Origin: Eledone cirrhosa
Taxonomy: Eukaryota
Direction: 5' to 3'
Assembly (NCBI GenBank): GCA_964016885.1
Contig: OZ024756.1
Coordinates: forward strand, 22,754,001 to 22,818,000
DNA length: 64,000 nt
Shown here: piece after piece, positions 41,350-55,935 of the stretch
How the letters are laid out: each line of letters opens with the position of its first letter
Numbering within the stretch: the first letter of the stretch is position 1
Position numbers and translations under genes: made by a program
Notes under the pieces: generated by a model
Databases searched by the model: none
What the model was told of the DNA's origin: nothing
Seen by the model: the letters and a program-made list of their open reading frames with translations, nothing else

Positions 41350-41714
41350 TTGGATGGCACATATAACCGCCTCTTAATGAGAGTGCAAAACCTATCCTGG
41401 AAACGACATCCCATCTTGTCTAAAATCTATGGCAAACTCCCTCGAGCCTCTGCCCTTCTAAAATCCCGGAGAGCTCAATTTGCTAGCCACTGTCACCGTG
41501 CCAGCAATGAAATCATATCCGCTCTCTTGCCCTGGAACCCTGACTCCAGCCTGACTAGGAGTAGGAAGCTGTCATTCCCTGACGTTATCTCTAGGGATAC
41601 GGGAATCAGTAGACAGGACCTGGGGGCAGCGATGGGGGACGGGGAATTCTGGGGCATGAGAGTGAGATCCATCATCTCGACAGTAGTCGACGAGTGATAA
41701 GGATGATGATGATG
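41350..41714 (+). mobile_element. RTE-like LINE 3' end with (GAT)n tail
   Basis: DGTYNRLLMRVQNLSWKRHP..IYGKLP..S..LKSRRAQFASHCHR..EIIS.LL.WNP; tail GATGATGAT. Confidence 0.8.
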
Positions 41715-42044
41715 TGTGTGGGTGTGTGTTGCGTGTGTACATGCGTTTCGCAATGAAACTCTCATTGTATGAAAAGGGTAAACTACATTCTCGACAGGCA
41801 AATGACACCAACCCGTACCAATATATTTCGTCTTGTGGATCATTTCAATTTAACACAGCAACGTTTATTCTCCAGACGATGGTAATCCAATACTTAATTA
41901 AACAAAGGTGGGATATGAAGTAGCAATAACCAGAATAATGATTGAAAAAACAAACAGCCTAGCACAGCAATAGCACCTCCCATGAGATTCGAGCATTTAC
42001 TAAAAAACAGCTTCATTACCAACTCTCACGGAAGGACAGGGATA

Positions 42045-42250
42045 GGTAATATCGGTAGAGCGTCGAACAATATGCTTTGCGGCATAGAGTTACGGCCTTT
42101 TACATTCTGAGTCCAAATCCTCCCGACGTTATCTTTGCTTTTCAAACTTAGTGGGGTCGATAAAATAAAGTATACTAACGCACTGGGGTCGATATAGACG
42201 ACTTACCGTCCCCCAAAGTTGTTGGCCCTGTGACTAAATCAGAAACCATT
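42045..42250 (+). mobile_element. Diverged SINE family 1
   Basis: ATCGGTAGAGCGTCG...TCTGAGTCCAAATCC...GGGGTCGATAAAATAAAGTA. Confidence 0.7.
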
Positions 42251-42481
42251 ATCCCCTCACGCACACACACATACACACACACATAAACTCCTATTTTCAT
42301 ATTAATTTTATATGTGTCTCCTTACACAAATATTAGATACCATTCTTCACAGCATATTATATATGTATTATATATCCTTTCGTATATTATTATGCGTAGA
42401 TCATTCAGTGTTTCTATGGCAAAAGTTTATAAGAAAATATATATTACGAAATACACACACATTCATACACACACACAGACA

Positions 42482-42531
<50 letters not shown>

Positions 42532-42620
42532 GTGTGTGTGTGTGTATAATGTATAATATATTATATTTACCTATAATATACATTATACCTACCAATAAAG
42601 TGTGTATATATAATATATAC

Positions 42621-42654
<34 letters not shown>

Positions 42655-42820
42655 TCACACACAAATATATATATATATATTTGTGTCTGTATGTGTGTGT
42701 ATATATATATTTACACTTATATACTTTATTGGTAGGTTTAATGTATATTATAATATATCATACACACACACGTATATATAGATACACATATATATATATA
42801 TATATTTCTATATATATATT

Positions 42821-43011
42821 GGAAAAAGTATGACCCCGACGGCAGAGCTCAAGCCGTTTCGACGGCTATTTCTGAGTCCAGAAATAGCCGTCGAAACGGC
42901 TTGAGCTCTGCCGTCGGGGTTATACTTTTTCCTATTTCCCACTCTACTAGCCTAAGTATTAAGTACTCTGGTGTGTTATGCTCCATCTGGTTCCTTACCA
43001 CAATTCCTTCG

Positions 43012-43012
<1 letters not shown>
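42821..43012. mobile_element. Family B fold-back copy
   Basis: TTTCGACGGCTATTTCTG-AGTC-CAGAAATAGCCGTCGAAA centre. Confidence 0.7.
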
Positions 43013-43061
<49 letters not shown>

Positions 43062-43174
43062 TAAAATAATAGATTAAAGTTTAATAAATATTTGCTCTAC
43101 GGTTCTTATATATTTGATATATATTCATCCTTATCGAGCCCTCTTTGGATTTTAGTCTTCAAATTTATTATTAT

Positions 43175-43224
<50 letters not shown>

Positions 43225-43557
43225 TATTATATCTACCATTCTTTATTTTATTATCATTAATATTTTTGGTCCGCCAACTAACTCCAATTTCCTTCTTAAT
43301 ATGTAAGTAAGTTCTGTACAACTAAGCAGAGTCGTGGATAATCTGATGGTGTTCTTGTGTTGGTTGTAACATAACGCCTCCAGTTATATAGATACAGCTC
43401 TTCAAACATCCATATACTGTATATTGGGTCAAGTATGAAATTTGTAAAAATTTGCTTTTGTTCTACACATTTCTACAAATTTCATATTTGACGACCCAAT
43501 ATATACGTGTGTGTGTGTGAGAGAGATAGTGTGTGTATCGGTGTGTGTGCGTGTGCT

Positions 43558-43607
<50 letters not shown>

Positions 43608-43869
43608 TGAAGGCGAGTAATATCCATGTAGGTACGAAGAGATAGTATATACTTACAAAAATGTCTGACATTCAAAGGATCTAGCCTGAAGGACCCAAGG
43701 ACATAAAACTGAATGCCTGGCAAGAAGAATTAAGAGTATATATATATATATCTATATAAACGCAGACACAGGCACACTCGCACACACACACACACGCATA
43801 CAGACACACACACACATATATATATATGTGTGTGTAGGTGTGTGTGAGAGAGAGATAGATTACATAATA

Positions 43870-43911
<42 letters not shown>

Positions 43912-43949
43912 AAGTTAATGTAATATATATATGTATATGTGTGTGTAAG

Positions 43950-43995
<46 letters not shown>

Positions 43996-44061
43996 ACATT
44001 TTCTTTACATATGCATATGAATATATATACATAGGTAATATATATTACGTAATCTTTGCAT

Positions 44062-44147
<86 letters not shown>

Positions 44148-44625
44148 ATGCGTGTGTATATATATATATATATATATATATGTCTCCAGGTATGAAATAT
44201 AAGTAATGCTGATTTCATCTATATGCACACGTTCTCCAATATGCGACATTAATTTCTATGAAGAATCTCATAAATATCACATTTATTGAAACACTCATGC
44301 AGTGTCTCAAAATCTTCTATTCCTATACAGAGCCTTTCATTGTATCTACCATTGCTCTTTCGTTTTTGCTTAAATAGATTTCCCATAAGGATTCTTTCGT
44401 AAACTCAAGCTTAATTAAACGTAATTTGATTCCGACATGGTGGGAGAAGGTACAGAGAGATGAAGCCATACTCTTCTAGTTAATGTGTTCCTTCCAATTC
44501 ACAGTCTACCTTGTTCGACTTCACAGTTTTCGCCATTGTTACGTGTTCTCGAATACGGTATTCTCAAGATGACCATTCATTCATTAGCGTGTGTTAATTT
44601 AGTAGACCCACACTCGACATGTACC

Positions 44626-44662
<37 letters not shown>

Positions 44663-44669
<7 letters not shown>

Positions 44670-45014
44670 AAAAAGGGATGAAATCGAAAATGCAACTGAA
44701 GTCTTATTTTTTTTTAAAATATATATATTTATTTGGTTCCTTTACCGGTTTCGCAGTTCTTCTGCTTTTCAAAAGGTGAGTTGAGATGGAGGGTCTGTGG
44801 TTTTTCTGAGAAAAACCACAGACCCTCCATCTCAACTCACCTTTTGAAAAGCAGAAGAACTGCGAAACCGGTAAAGGAACCAAATAAATATATATATTTT
44901 TTTTTTAAATAAGACTTCAGTTGCATTTTCGATTTCATCCCTTTTTCTTTATACTTCCACTCGTGTAGGACACCTCGGTTATTTTTCATTTTGTAAAAAA
45001 AACCTCACTTTCTA
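44663..45014. mobile_element. Family A fold-back element with U3-A8 hammerheads at 44739-44776 (-) and 44840-44877 (+)
   Basis: Palindrome centre 44808; ribozyme sequence identical to 26630-26667; 3' end CACTTTCTA|(AT)n. Confidence 0.8.
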
Positions 45015-45077
45015 ATATATATATATATATATACAATATTAAATAAATGGAAAACTATATTTATAAAACCATATTTA

Positions 45078-45139
45078 TTTCATTATATATATTTCGGGGA
45101 TATCATATTAACAATATGCTATGCCTTCATCAGACAAAA
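45078..45139 (-). ncRNA. Type I hammerhead motif
   Basis: Minus: TTTTGT CTGATGA AGGCATAG CATATT GTT AATATG ATATCCCC GAAA TATATA TA ATGAAA. Confidence 0.7.
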
Positions 45140-45333
45140 TACAATATAAACAGTTTTATAGACAAATAGGTTCGACATACCGTTATAACACCGACTTCAT
45201 TTAAAGAGGTTTACTCTGGATAGTTTTCCATTTATTTAATATTGTAAATATACTCCAAATATTTGTCGAGTGCTTTTATACCAGTTATAAATATTTACTA
45301 GTTGTAACCCAACAATTTTAAATATAACTTTCC

Positions 45334-45373
<40 letters not shown>

Positions 45374-45528
45374 CTGTCTGATGGTAGCTAAGATGCTTCC
45401 ATAGGCGGTATGCCGGTTGAGCACTCTATGCTCTTACAGAGCAGAGTATGATAGAATAGAAAACGAAAAATCAGTGATGTATCTGAACTCAATTAAGTTC
45501 AGATGCATCTCTGATTTTTCATTTTCTA

Positions 45529-45625
<97 letters not shown>

Positions 45626-45954
45626 AGTGTATCCCGGGTTCAATCGGGGGTAACCACAGTAAGTAAGGTACTCAATACATAGCAGAGTATAAATATTTAA
45701 TATAGAAATGACTTCTACAGGATTAGAACTGTTTCATTCGGGAGAAATCACGAGGAATATATATATATATATGTTAGATAACGATAACTGGATATTAGCT
45801 TAAAGTATAAAAAGAAGATTTAAAATATCTTAAGGTTTTGGGCGCTAATCTGAGGGGAAAAGACTTTCATCTTCAAGTGAAGACAAGGAAATATATACGT
45901 AAAGAAATGAAATGGGATTTTATTAAATACATATACTCAGACAGACACACACAC

Positions 45955-45989
<35 letters not shown>

Positions 45990-48693
45990 CGCGCGCGTGC
46001 ATATATTTAAGGTGGGTATTGTGTATGCGGGTAGGTAGAAAGGGAACTCAATATATATATTGTAGTAAATATCTCTAATAATACTCTTAATTGTTCATCT
46101 GTAAATTCAAGAAATATTCAGTATTAAAATGGCAGTCGATGGAAGATATTTGACTTGTTTCAAACGTCGTTCATGTGTGGACGTCACTTTCAAGCAATTT
46201 ACCATATCGTATCGAACCCAGACGATACAAACCTCAGTCGATACAACTCTGAGACTATACAAGCCACAGTCGAGAGCAGTGGCCAGGGGCAATGGAATAT
46301 CATGAATTTGGGAGGGACTGTGTCAGGAATGTTCGACTCTGGTTGTAGTGATGATGACAATCGACCCTAATACATCTTTTAAATTTGCCACTTATTCAAT
46401 AAATTTCTTTATCTTGAACACCTTAATTTAGTTACATAATACAGCAGTAACTATTTATGCGTATGCCATATATCTGGCATACGCATAAATAGATATTTAT
46501 AGGACGTTGTTCCACAAAGTTTTCAATTACCAATTTTAACTGAAATAGCATTGGTTAACCCGAAGCTATAATAGAAGACACTTGACCAAGGGGCCATACA
46601 GTGGAGCTAAACCCGAAACTACGTTGCTGCAAAATAGTTTCCTTAATTTACACAGCTATGCCAGTGCATATACATACTTATGAAATTATGTTTTTCTAAT
46701 CGAAAATCCTCTCACCAGGAAAAAATATTTAGCCAAAGCCATTATTTATATGTATTCCGTAATTGGAATATCTGGAATTCTTTGTCAATTCTTTCTTTGA
46801 CAGCCTGAAATATGACTCTGCAATATTGTATTTATCTTTTCTTTTCGTGTTTCATTTTGGATTTATGTTAATTCTTCGCGGCCTTGAAAAGAATAGGGTT
46901 AAAATTTGATGATGTTAATAATGTTAATAATGATGTTGACAGCGAGAGTTTTTGACTTGTTGTTTTCGCAGTGGTGGTGGTGGTGGTAATAGATGGGAAG
47001 TTAATGGTGTTGAATCGTGAATTCCTACATGTGCACATGGATTAATGTATCACTAAGGCCGGCTTATTTTGATTTTTAATATTCCATTTGCGTTAAAATT
47101 ATTAGTATTTCTATTAGGACAAGACTTGTAATTTGGAAGTAAGGTAAATTATATCGAAGGAGGATAATACATTTGGAGAAACGGGATTATGTCGAACCCA
47201 ATAGTTAACTGGTATTATACTTTAACGATCTTGTAAGGAAGAGCAGCAAAGTTGACACCGATGCTATTTGAACACTTCACAGAAAACATTTTGTCCGGCG
47301 TGTTTCAATATATATAATTCAAGCGGGCAGACTTATAACATATTTTACCACGCTGAGTCTCCCTGAGATACATGTGTTTGCGTAATGCTCAGTAACTTAC
47401 ACTAATTTCACGGGCAAGCAGTTCCGTTGATTAAATTATCTGGAGCACTAGTCGTGGGAAAGGAAGTTTGTCCACCAATGATCTGGCTTCAATTACTGAG
47501 GTCGATTTATTCAACTTATCACGCACCCTGAACCCAATCCTCAAGTAAGTGTCTTCGTACCTATATTAGAAAATCATTTATATTGTTTAATTGTTGAATG
47601 TGAAGGTCAAGTTTAGCAGAGAACCGATCAGAAGCCGTGAATTTCTTTTCTTCCACGGTTTTCCTAGGAAAATAAAAACTTTTTTTTTCGGATACCCTGA
47701 CACTAAACACTGTTAACTAGAGTACATAAATATCTCCTTTCTTTAAATATTTTGATCAGTTCACATTTATTTGGCAATGTGGCCATTTGTAATATTTACA
47801 TGCGTTCCAAGATAAGCTACTGCAGAAGTATCAGAATATAGTTGTTCGTCAGATTACTGTTAATAGTACTTTCTTCAATTGAGCCTCCAATTATATTTTT
47901 CAAATGAAGCACATTTAAATTAATAACTGGTAAGGGAAAAGTTCAAACGCAACATCAAATCGTTATATTTAACCTCACAAAAATTAGATTTGGAAACATT
48001 AATTTTAATGAGAAACACAGCACATCTATCAAATACACATCACAGCATCCTTTGAAAATGATGTTGGTCAAAAGAAGCGAGGAAAGAGAGATGTGTTTGA
48101 TCAGGTAGTTTACTGAACACAATCCTTACTTCCCCACGGAACGTATTCAAGAAAGTGTGCCATGAATTTAACACTCCGTATACACTCGAAAACGGTTAAC
48201 ACTTCCATATGCACTCGAATAAAAGTTGGGAGAAATCGTGATAATTGTGTAACAGAATATATTCTCCATCAACCGAGGCAGAGCAACCGGTGGCGTTAGA
48301 GGAGTGTTTTGGCATAACAATAGAGCCTCCGACAAAATGCCTTGTGGTATTTATTACGTTTTTCTACATCATTTATTCAATCCCTATCGAGGTCGTCTTT
48401 GCTTTCCATTCTTCCGGAGTGGTAAGAAAATATTCGACAAAAATAAGAAACCTTCTAACTACTTTACCGCTTCCTTTGTTTTCCGTGTTTTCTTTATCTC
48501 TTAGCTTAATTTGCTTCCCGTTGGCCTTCCATATTTAAAGTTTTATTTTATTGTTTTATTTATTTTATTGTTTTATTTTGTTATGCACTTATCTTTGTAT
48601 AGCCTGTTCTTTTTGTTGCTCAACTGTAAGAAGTACTAGATATTTCTCCTAATCTGTCATGACTTACTAGCTCTACACAGACATTTAAATTGA

Positions 48694-48737
<44 letters not shown>

Positions 48738-50347
48738 AAATTCAAGTATTGACAGTCGAATTAATCAACTAACGCTCCCACTCTAAATTACTGACCTTGG
48801 TCCTGTGTTAGAATCAACTACTATTACCACCATCACCACCACTATCACCACTATACCACCATCACCTCCATCACCACTATCCCCACTATACCACCATCAC
48901 CACTACCACCACTATACCACCACCACCACCACTATTACTACAATTACTCATTAATCTTTTAATTGTTCACAGTTAATGGTTACATCATCATTATTCCGAA
49001 TAATCTATTGCTGAAATAATTTTATATTTATTTTTCATACTTTTACAATAATTATTTTGTTGTTGCTGCTATTGTTGTAGTTTAGTTGTATTTTCTATTT
49101 AAATGGAGTAAATTAGCAGATTGTAACAAAATATAAAACGTCCATTACCATATCAATTCGATTTCCTTTATCATGTGGTTGTTTTTTGTGTGTGTCTTTC
49201 GGTTTTGCAATATTTTATAAATTTCTAATCATGTTTGCTGCGAACGGTCGTATTTCACAGAGCTTCGTTTAGAAGATTTTTTTCCAGTCTTACTTGAGAT
49301 GATAAAAAAACAAATTTTCCATTTCTCTTCTTTAATTGTTACCATCAAATGGCTTCGGAATAATTGAACATCTAATCCAATGTTCTTCGATAGGGTGGGG
49401 TGGGATATGGATTGATGGATGGGGGGGGGGTATGATCGTCCAGTTGACAAGTTTCTTGTATTCAAGGATCTTAGCAAACAAACGTTGTTTTTCTATTTAT
49501 TCCAATCCAATCCAGAGCCCTGTTACTCATTTTGGAGGAGACCATACCTGGTCAACATACATCGGTTTCTGTTTGGTTTTGGTCATCTAAGCAAGGATAT
49601 AGCCATGCTCACCACGCTTGACCAATTGCGAATAGGTAAGGCTACTTAACGCATAGTTAAGGTGGATGGTCGTTGACTCTGGGGAATTCATAGGCCCGTT
49701 TAACAGCTCTTGTTTTGTTGTTATTTTGTATTTTTGTTGTCTTGCTGGGATTCCACTGATCCTCCTCAATAGACCCCAGCTAGGTGTGGGAGCCAGTTTA
49801 GTCGTCGACTACTCGAACATGGAGCAGGTGATACTGGATTACATGATACCACTAGGAAGCAGAAGTTTGACCTTAACTGACCAGGGTCCATGGAGGGAGC
49901 GTTTTTAATCGCCAGCCACTCGACCTTGAAATAGATTGTACTGGGTTAAATGGTACCATAGGCAGGCAGAAGACTGATCTGATCTGACCTACTTATAAGT
50001 AGTTCAATATTGCTACTTCTGAGGTACCTAGAGAAGCAAATGTTTGGATTGAAGGTGATTGCAACCAATATTTCCCCTTGGAGGTTTTCATATAACAGTG
50101 AAATAATGAAGTTCATTCTAAAACATCCAATCCTAACCCCAAATAAAATATAACTAAATGAATCCCCTCGAAAGACAGACACACAGATTTCTGATACAAA
50201 CGATGCCAGATATTTACTGAAAATCACTGAAATTGTGGTTGGAATTAAAGAATGAATACTTAGAAGATACTTTCGGGGAAGCTCGGGTATTACGGAGACA
50301 AAGCATCCCTGGCACCGGGTAGTTACAGTTAAAAAACAGAGTAAGTG

Positions 50348-50454
<107 letters not shown>

Positions 50455-50979
50455 AGAGAAAGTTGGTTGATTGAAAATCTGACGACCTTTACATAACAGA
50501 TGACAAGCACTCAACGGATTGTGTTTATCCGGAGTTTTATTATAACAATAAACATCCCTATTTATTTTATTATACGTTGATAGATGTCATACGAAAGCCA
50601 TACGTATTCGAAATACGTATAATGAAATAAATAGGGATAGACTAACCTAACTGTCTTACTTGTTTATTATATATATATAACGAAGGAAGTGTGGTAAGGA
50701 ACCAGGTGGACCATAACGTACCAGAGTACTTGATACTTAGGTTAGTAGGAAAAGAATCAGGAACCAGGTCAAATGCTTAGATTTGCTTCGATGCTGGTTT
50801 AATTATCCTTCCCTTCTCCCCAAACGTTGCTGGTCGTGTGCCTCTATTTAAAACCATTTTGTTGATTTCGCTCTTTTCCTTCATGTATATCCGTCACTTT
50901 TTCTTTGCTTATGCATGTCGCTTTGTATTAGCCCCAAATTCTGGAGCCCTTATAGCCTATATATGACATCATCGTAAAC

Positions 50980-51258
50980 AGCATCACTAGCAACAACAGA
51001 ACCACCAATAACAGAACTAGCAACAACAGCACTAGCAACAACAGCACTAGCAACAGCAGCACTAGCAACAGCAGTACTAACAACATCAACACTAGCAACA
51101 GCAGCACCAGCAACAGCAGCACTAGCAACAGCAGCACTAGCAACAGCAGCACTAGCAACAGCAGTACGAACAACATCAACACTAGCAACAGCAGCACCAG
51201 CAACAGCAGCACCAGCAACAGCAGCAGTAGCAACACCAGCACTAGCAACAGCAGCCAG
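50980..51258. repeat. 15-bp minisatellite AGCACTAGCAACAGC
   Basis: Source of the VLLLL-repeat ORF on minus. Confidence 0.9.
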
Positions 51259-51626
51259 CTTCGTATGATTAACCTGATATCTTTCATTAAAGATTTATGT
51301 TCAAGAACATTAAATAGAATGGGAAAATACTGAGGCCGTCAACAAGTCTCGCGTTATTTATAATGAGAACAAAACAGAACTTAATCCACATGTTTATTAT
51401 TCAAACCTAAAAAACAGTTAAGGAAAAAAAAATGCTTTTAACATCACGCATTATAAAGAATCATGGATTCGCACTATTGGTAGAGATTTGGGCGAAAAAA
51501 AGCTTGTATTTAGGTAAATCACATTTCGTACTCAAACCCAACCGAAGTTGACATTGCATTTTATCATTTTAAAAATCTATAGAATAAATACCAGTCAAAT
51601 GTAGGGGTTGGTGTAATCCATCGTGT

Positions 51627-51900
51627 GGAGGCCCGTGGCTTATTGGTAAAGGTGATGGACTTACGATCATAATGACCTGGGTTCGATTTCTGGACTGGGT
51701 TACGTGTTGCATTATTGAGCAAAACACTTCATTTCACATTGGTCCAGTATACGCCTTTGAAAAATGAGTAGCAGCAATAGCTGGTGAGTTACCCCTTCGA
51801 TTGACTGGCTTCCTGTCCACGGTGTGCGGTTATACTCTCAGTCACTCAACACCACGAAAACTGGAATAAGCACCGGCCTGATGAACATTTTGGCACTAGA
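51627..51900 (+). mobile_element. Diverged SINE family 2
   Basis: TGGCTTATTGG A box, GGTTCGATTTC B box, TTGAGCAAAACACTT. Confidence 0.7.
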
Positions 51901-52028
51901 CATTCTTTAGACTTTAGATACACTCTATTATATTCTAACCAACTTGAGTCGTTGTAATTACGTGAGAAGTTTTGACAGGCATAATAGTCACAATTTGTGG
52001 TGGTACGTTGGTTAATGTCATTGGCTAT

Positions 52029-52598
52029 CTATATACTACTAAAACTCTGTGATTGCTTGCTTGTCTGTAATGTAATACAACCAAAAAGGCGCATAATGGG
52101 AAAATACTTTGAAAGGAAGTTGCCTCTGAAATGGGCATACAAATAGAATAAAACAAGTTTCGCGTAAATCGGAGCACGGGTTCCCGAGGTATGGGGGGTT
52201 TCCAGGTACCTTCATAAACAGAGAGGGAGAAAGGTAGAGAGAAAAAATAGTGGTTGTGAGAGAGTAGATTGAAAGAGAGACATAGAGAGAGGGAGAGGAG
52301 ACAGAGGACAATGTAAGAGAGAGAGCTGGTGGTGTGGTTGTATATATATATATATATATGTGTGTGCGTGTGTGTGTGTGTGTATATATATATATGTGTG
52401 TATATATATACCAGTGTATATAGATCACAGACACCTATACATACACATTTATATATATACATACACACACATTTTCAGTTTCATTTCACATTATATACAT
52501 GTCGGTGTATAGTTTCATTATCTGAAAAATTATTTTTAAGTGAACATGATTTTTTTTTTTTATATTTGGAAGTGAACGTGACCCAACAGTGGTTTAGT
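52029..52598 (+). mobile_element. Non-autonomous Helitron-like element (same family as 32720-34418)
   Basis: A|TCTATATACTACTAAAACTCTGTG start; shared AAAGTTTCGCGTAAATCG and CATTATATACATG blocks; degenerate 3' end TGACCCAACAGTGGTTTAG|T. Confidence 0.7.
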
Positions 52599-52827
52599 AT
52601 TAACTAATATTTTACTGGACTGTTAGTGTATAACATTGTCCAAATCACTCCTGGCTTCATATCATCAATAATTACATATTTTGATTAGAATATTCAACTT
52701 TAACCTGACTGATACATTTCTATAAGAATGACAGAGAAATTTACTTATCTTCTCTTCTAAATGTGGCAAAAAAAGGAAACAATGAAAATTGTCTATAATG
52801 GTACGGACACAAAATAAAAGCAGTTTC

Positions 52828-52889
<62 letters not shown>

Positions 52890-52893
<4 letters not shown>

Positions 52894-53080
52894 GAAAAAG
52901 TATGACCTCGACGGCAGAGCTCAAGCCGTTTCGACGGCTATTTCTGGAAATAGCAGTCGAAACGACTTGAGCTCTGCCGTCGGGGTCATATTTTTTCCTT
53001 TTTCCCACTCTACTACCCTAAGTATTGAATACTCTGGTGCATTATGGTCCATCTGGTTCCTTACCACAATTCCTTTGTTA
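52890..53080. mobile_element. Family B fold-back copy
   Basis: CGACGGCTATTTC-TG-GAAATAGCAGTCG centre; (TA)n flanks. Confidence 0.7.
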
Positions 53081-53185
53081 TATATATATATATATATGTA
53101 TGTATATATGTATGTATGTATGAGAGAGAGTATGTGTGAGAGAGAGAGAGAGTGCCTGTATGTGTGAGTGTGTGTATATATGAAA

Positions 53186-53239
<54 letters not shown>

Positions 53240-53564
53240 TTTATATATATATACGCACACATGTATGTACGTGTGCGTACAGAACATAGCTAAATTATAT
53301 TTACTCTTGGTCAGATTCATAAAATAAGATACGTCGACATGTTGCGAGGAGAGCTGAGGTCTGACCTTTCAGACAGAGACATTATTTGCAGCAATATAGT
53401 TAATCTCATTTATCTGCGAACAAATCCAATTTGCTTTTGGTTATCTAACAACTGGATGTCAAATAGAGTTTAACATTTTGAAATGACAGGTAAAGTAAAA
53501 GTACAAAATACACATGAAAGAGAAAGAGACAAACATTTTAAAAACATATATGTGCAATAATAAA

Positions 53565-53768
53565 GCTTTCTAATATAGGCACAAGGCCAATAATTTTAGG
53601 GTGGGGGAGATCGATTTAATTAACCCCAGTGCGTGACTGGTGCTTTATTTTAACGACCCTGTAACGATGGAAGGCAAAGTTAATCTCGGCGAGATTTGAA
53701 CTCAGATCATAAAGGGCCGTAACTCTTTGCTGCAAAGCATGGCGTCCGACCCTCTACCGATATATGCC
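53565..53768 (-). mobile_element. SINE family 1
   Basis: Reverse-complement head, B box and core. Confidence 0.8.
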
Positions 53769-53949
53769 AATAACAATAATAACGTGTTTATCTATTATTC
53801 GCATATTTACTACTCTGTCAGCGAGGAAAGTACTGTGTCATTCATACATCAGCGTTTTTTTCTTTTCAAATTCTCTCTAGTTGATGAGAAGGGAAATGAG
53901 GTATTATCTCCCCCTACCCCTCCTCCAAAAAAAAAGACATGCTCTAAAT

Positions 53950-54272
53950 CAGGGATGTCAATATATTCCATTGTTCCATTGGCGGGCCACTTTTGAACAT
54001 TGGAACACCTATTAGGGCCATTAATATTTATTAAGCACTATTCCAAAGATTCACCACAACTTTCCATAACATGGAACTGGGAAATTATAACACACATAAT
54101 CTTATCAGTGACACCCTTTAGTATAGGTCAACTAACAGAAAATTGTATTAAGGTTACAAAAAAAATTCTAAATAAGCGTATAAGGTAAACATTAATAACG
54201 GTATTCACAGGCCACTCTGACTGGTCAGGCGGGTCGGATTGTGGCCCGCGAGCCGCCAGTTGCATGGCCCTA
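53950..54272 (+). mobile_element. hAT (Charlie-like) MITE with 8-bp TSD
   Basis: TSD CTCTAAAT at 53942-53949 and 54273-54280; termini CAGGGATGTCAA / TTGCATGGCCCTA; subterminal GGCCCGCG. Confidence 0.8.
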
Positions 54273-54573
54273 CTCTAAATCACCGAATGCTTCTAAGGTC
54301 CGTCAAAAGCCAACTGGTGGTGAGAAAGCAGGAGACATAAGACGGTTTATGTCAACTACCCAATAAATTAGAAGGCAAATCATCGGAAGGAATAGCGCAA
54401 GATATGTAAACCGACGCTCTATCAATCTACGTCTAGTCTACCACAATGCGCTCTTACTTTATTTTATTGAACCCGAAACAAGGAGAAGCAAAGTTAAACT
54501 CAACGAGATTCGAACCAGACTGGTTTATATAATCCTGCTGTCATAATTATCAACGATGGAAGTCATTCACAGA

Positions 54574-54808
54574 CATCATCATCATCATCGCTCGTCGACT
54601 ACTGTCGAGATGATGGATCTCACTCTCATGCCCCAGAATTCCCTGTCCCCCATCGCTGCCCCCAGGTCCTGTCTACTGATTCCCGTATCCCTAGAAATAA
54701 CGTCAGGGAATGACAGCTTCCTACTCCTAGTCAAGCTGGAGTCAGGGTTCCAGAGCAAGAGAGCGGATATGATTTCATTGCTGGCACGGTGACAGTGGCC
54801 AGCAAATT
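54574..54808 (-). mobile_element. RTE-like LINE 3' end, same family as 41350-41714
   Basis: Near-identical reverse complement of ~41477-41710 with (ATC)n tail. Confidence 0.85.
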
Positions 54809-55173
54809 CACAGCCATATTGATGTGTGTAATACGTTTAGGGGATAATATCACTTTAGTCAAAATAAAAAAATACAAAAATGTAGAAGAGCATTTTTTTC
54901 AAATACTAATTTCCAATGTTCATTTATTTATTACTATGCATGAAGCGCCTAATGCCGAATAGAAAACGCTAGTACCATTCAGAGCGTCGTTGCATTGACT
55001 ACATTAAGGATAAGGCAACGAACTGGCTGACGCGTTAGATCGTTAGATACGATAGATTGCGACATTCATTCTGGTTCTTTGCACTATGTGTTCGAATCTC
55101 AAGGTTATCAATACTTACCTTTCATCACCTCATCATTGATAAATAAATTACAAATCCATGACTGAATTTCGTT

Positions 55174-55220
<47 letters not shown>

Positions 55221-55774
55221 ACTGACTGATTAGCCTTATGAGGTAAAATGAAAGTAAACGAAATGAACTTTATCTGATATATAAAGAAACACTAAGGTAT
55301 AAACCAGAAGCTAATTATACCAAACGAAGGAACAACACCTGTTACATAGGAACAAAGGCCAAGCAATAAATCAAGAGATAAAATGAAAATCCAAATCCGT
55401 GACCAACCTATTGTCTGTATATCTTAGACATAACGTATTTACAAACATATTCAATATGTTCTTCCCTTTTCAAGACAATATGTAATTTTCTCTAAACCTA
55501 CCAATCGTAGCTATGTCCTCTTGCACATAATGATTACTTCCTATTTTCTTTTCTTGTTGCCGCTGCTGTTTACATCGAGATTAGCTCAGATCAAGAACAG
55601 CAATGATTTAACCATGAGCATGCCCTATTTTTACGTAAAGCCGACTCGAGAATATTATTCAAGTTGTTCTCTTTTTACGGTGGTATAATATAGTTTAAAA
55701 GGAATTTGATTATTATTTCTAATAGGATTGGCAACTATGTCGATACACCCTTTTAACCTGATGTAATAATTTTT

Positions 55775-55935
55775 TTTCTACTTTTGGCACTAGGCCAGCA
55801 ATTATCCCAGTATATTACTTTATTTTATCGACCCCGGAAGGATGAAAGGCAAAGTTAACCTCGGCGAGATTTGAACTCAGAACGTAAAGGGACGTAACTA
55901 TGTTAGAAAGCATGGCGTCCGACCCTCTACCGATA
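55775..55935 (-). mobile_element. SINE family 1
   Basis: Reverse-complement core and head. Confidence 0.85.

Noticed and set aside
48245-48538. Possible exon ORFs
   Set aside because: Sequence is a highly diverged SINE family 1 copy (CGACAAAATGCC..., GAGGTCGTCTTTGCTTTCCATTC).
50928-51287. Leu/Val-rich membrane-protein-like ORF
   Set aside because: Translation of a 15-bp minisatellite.
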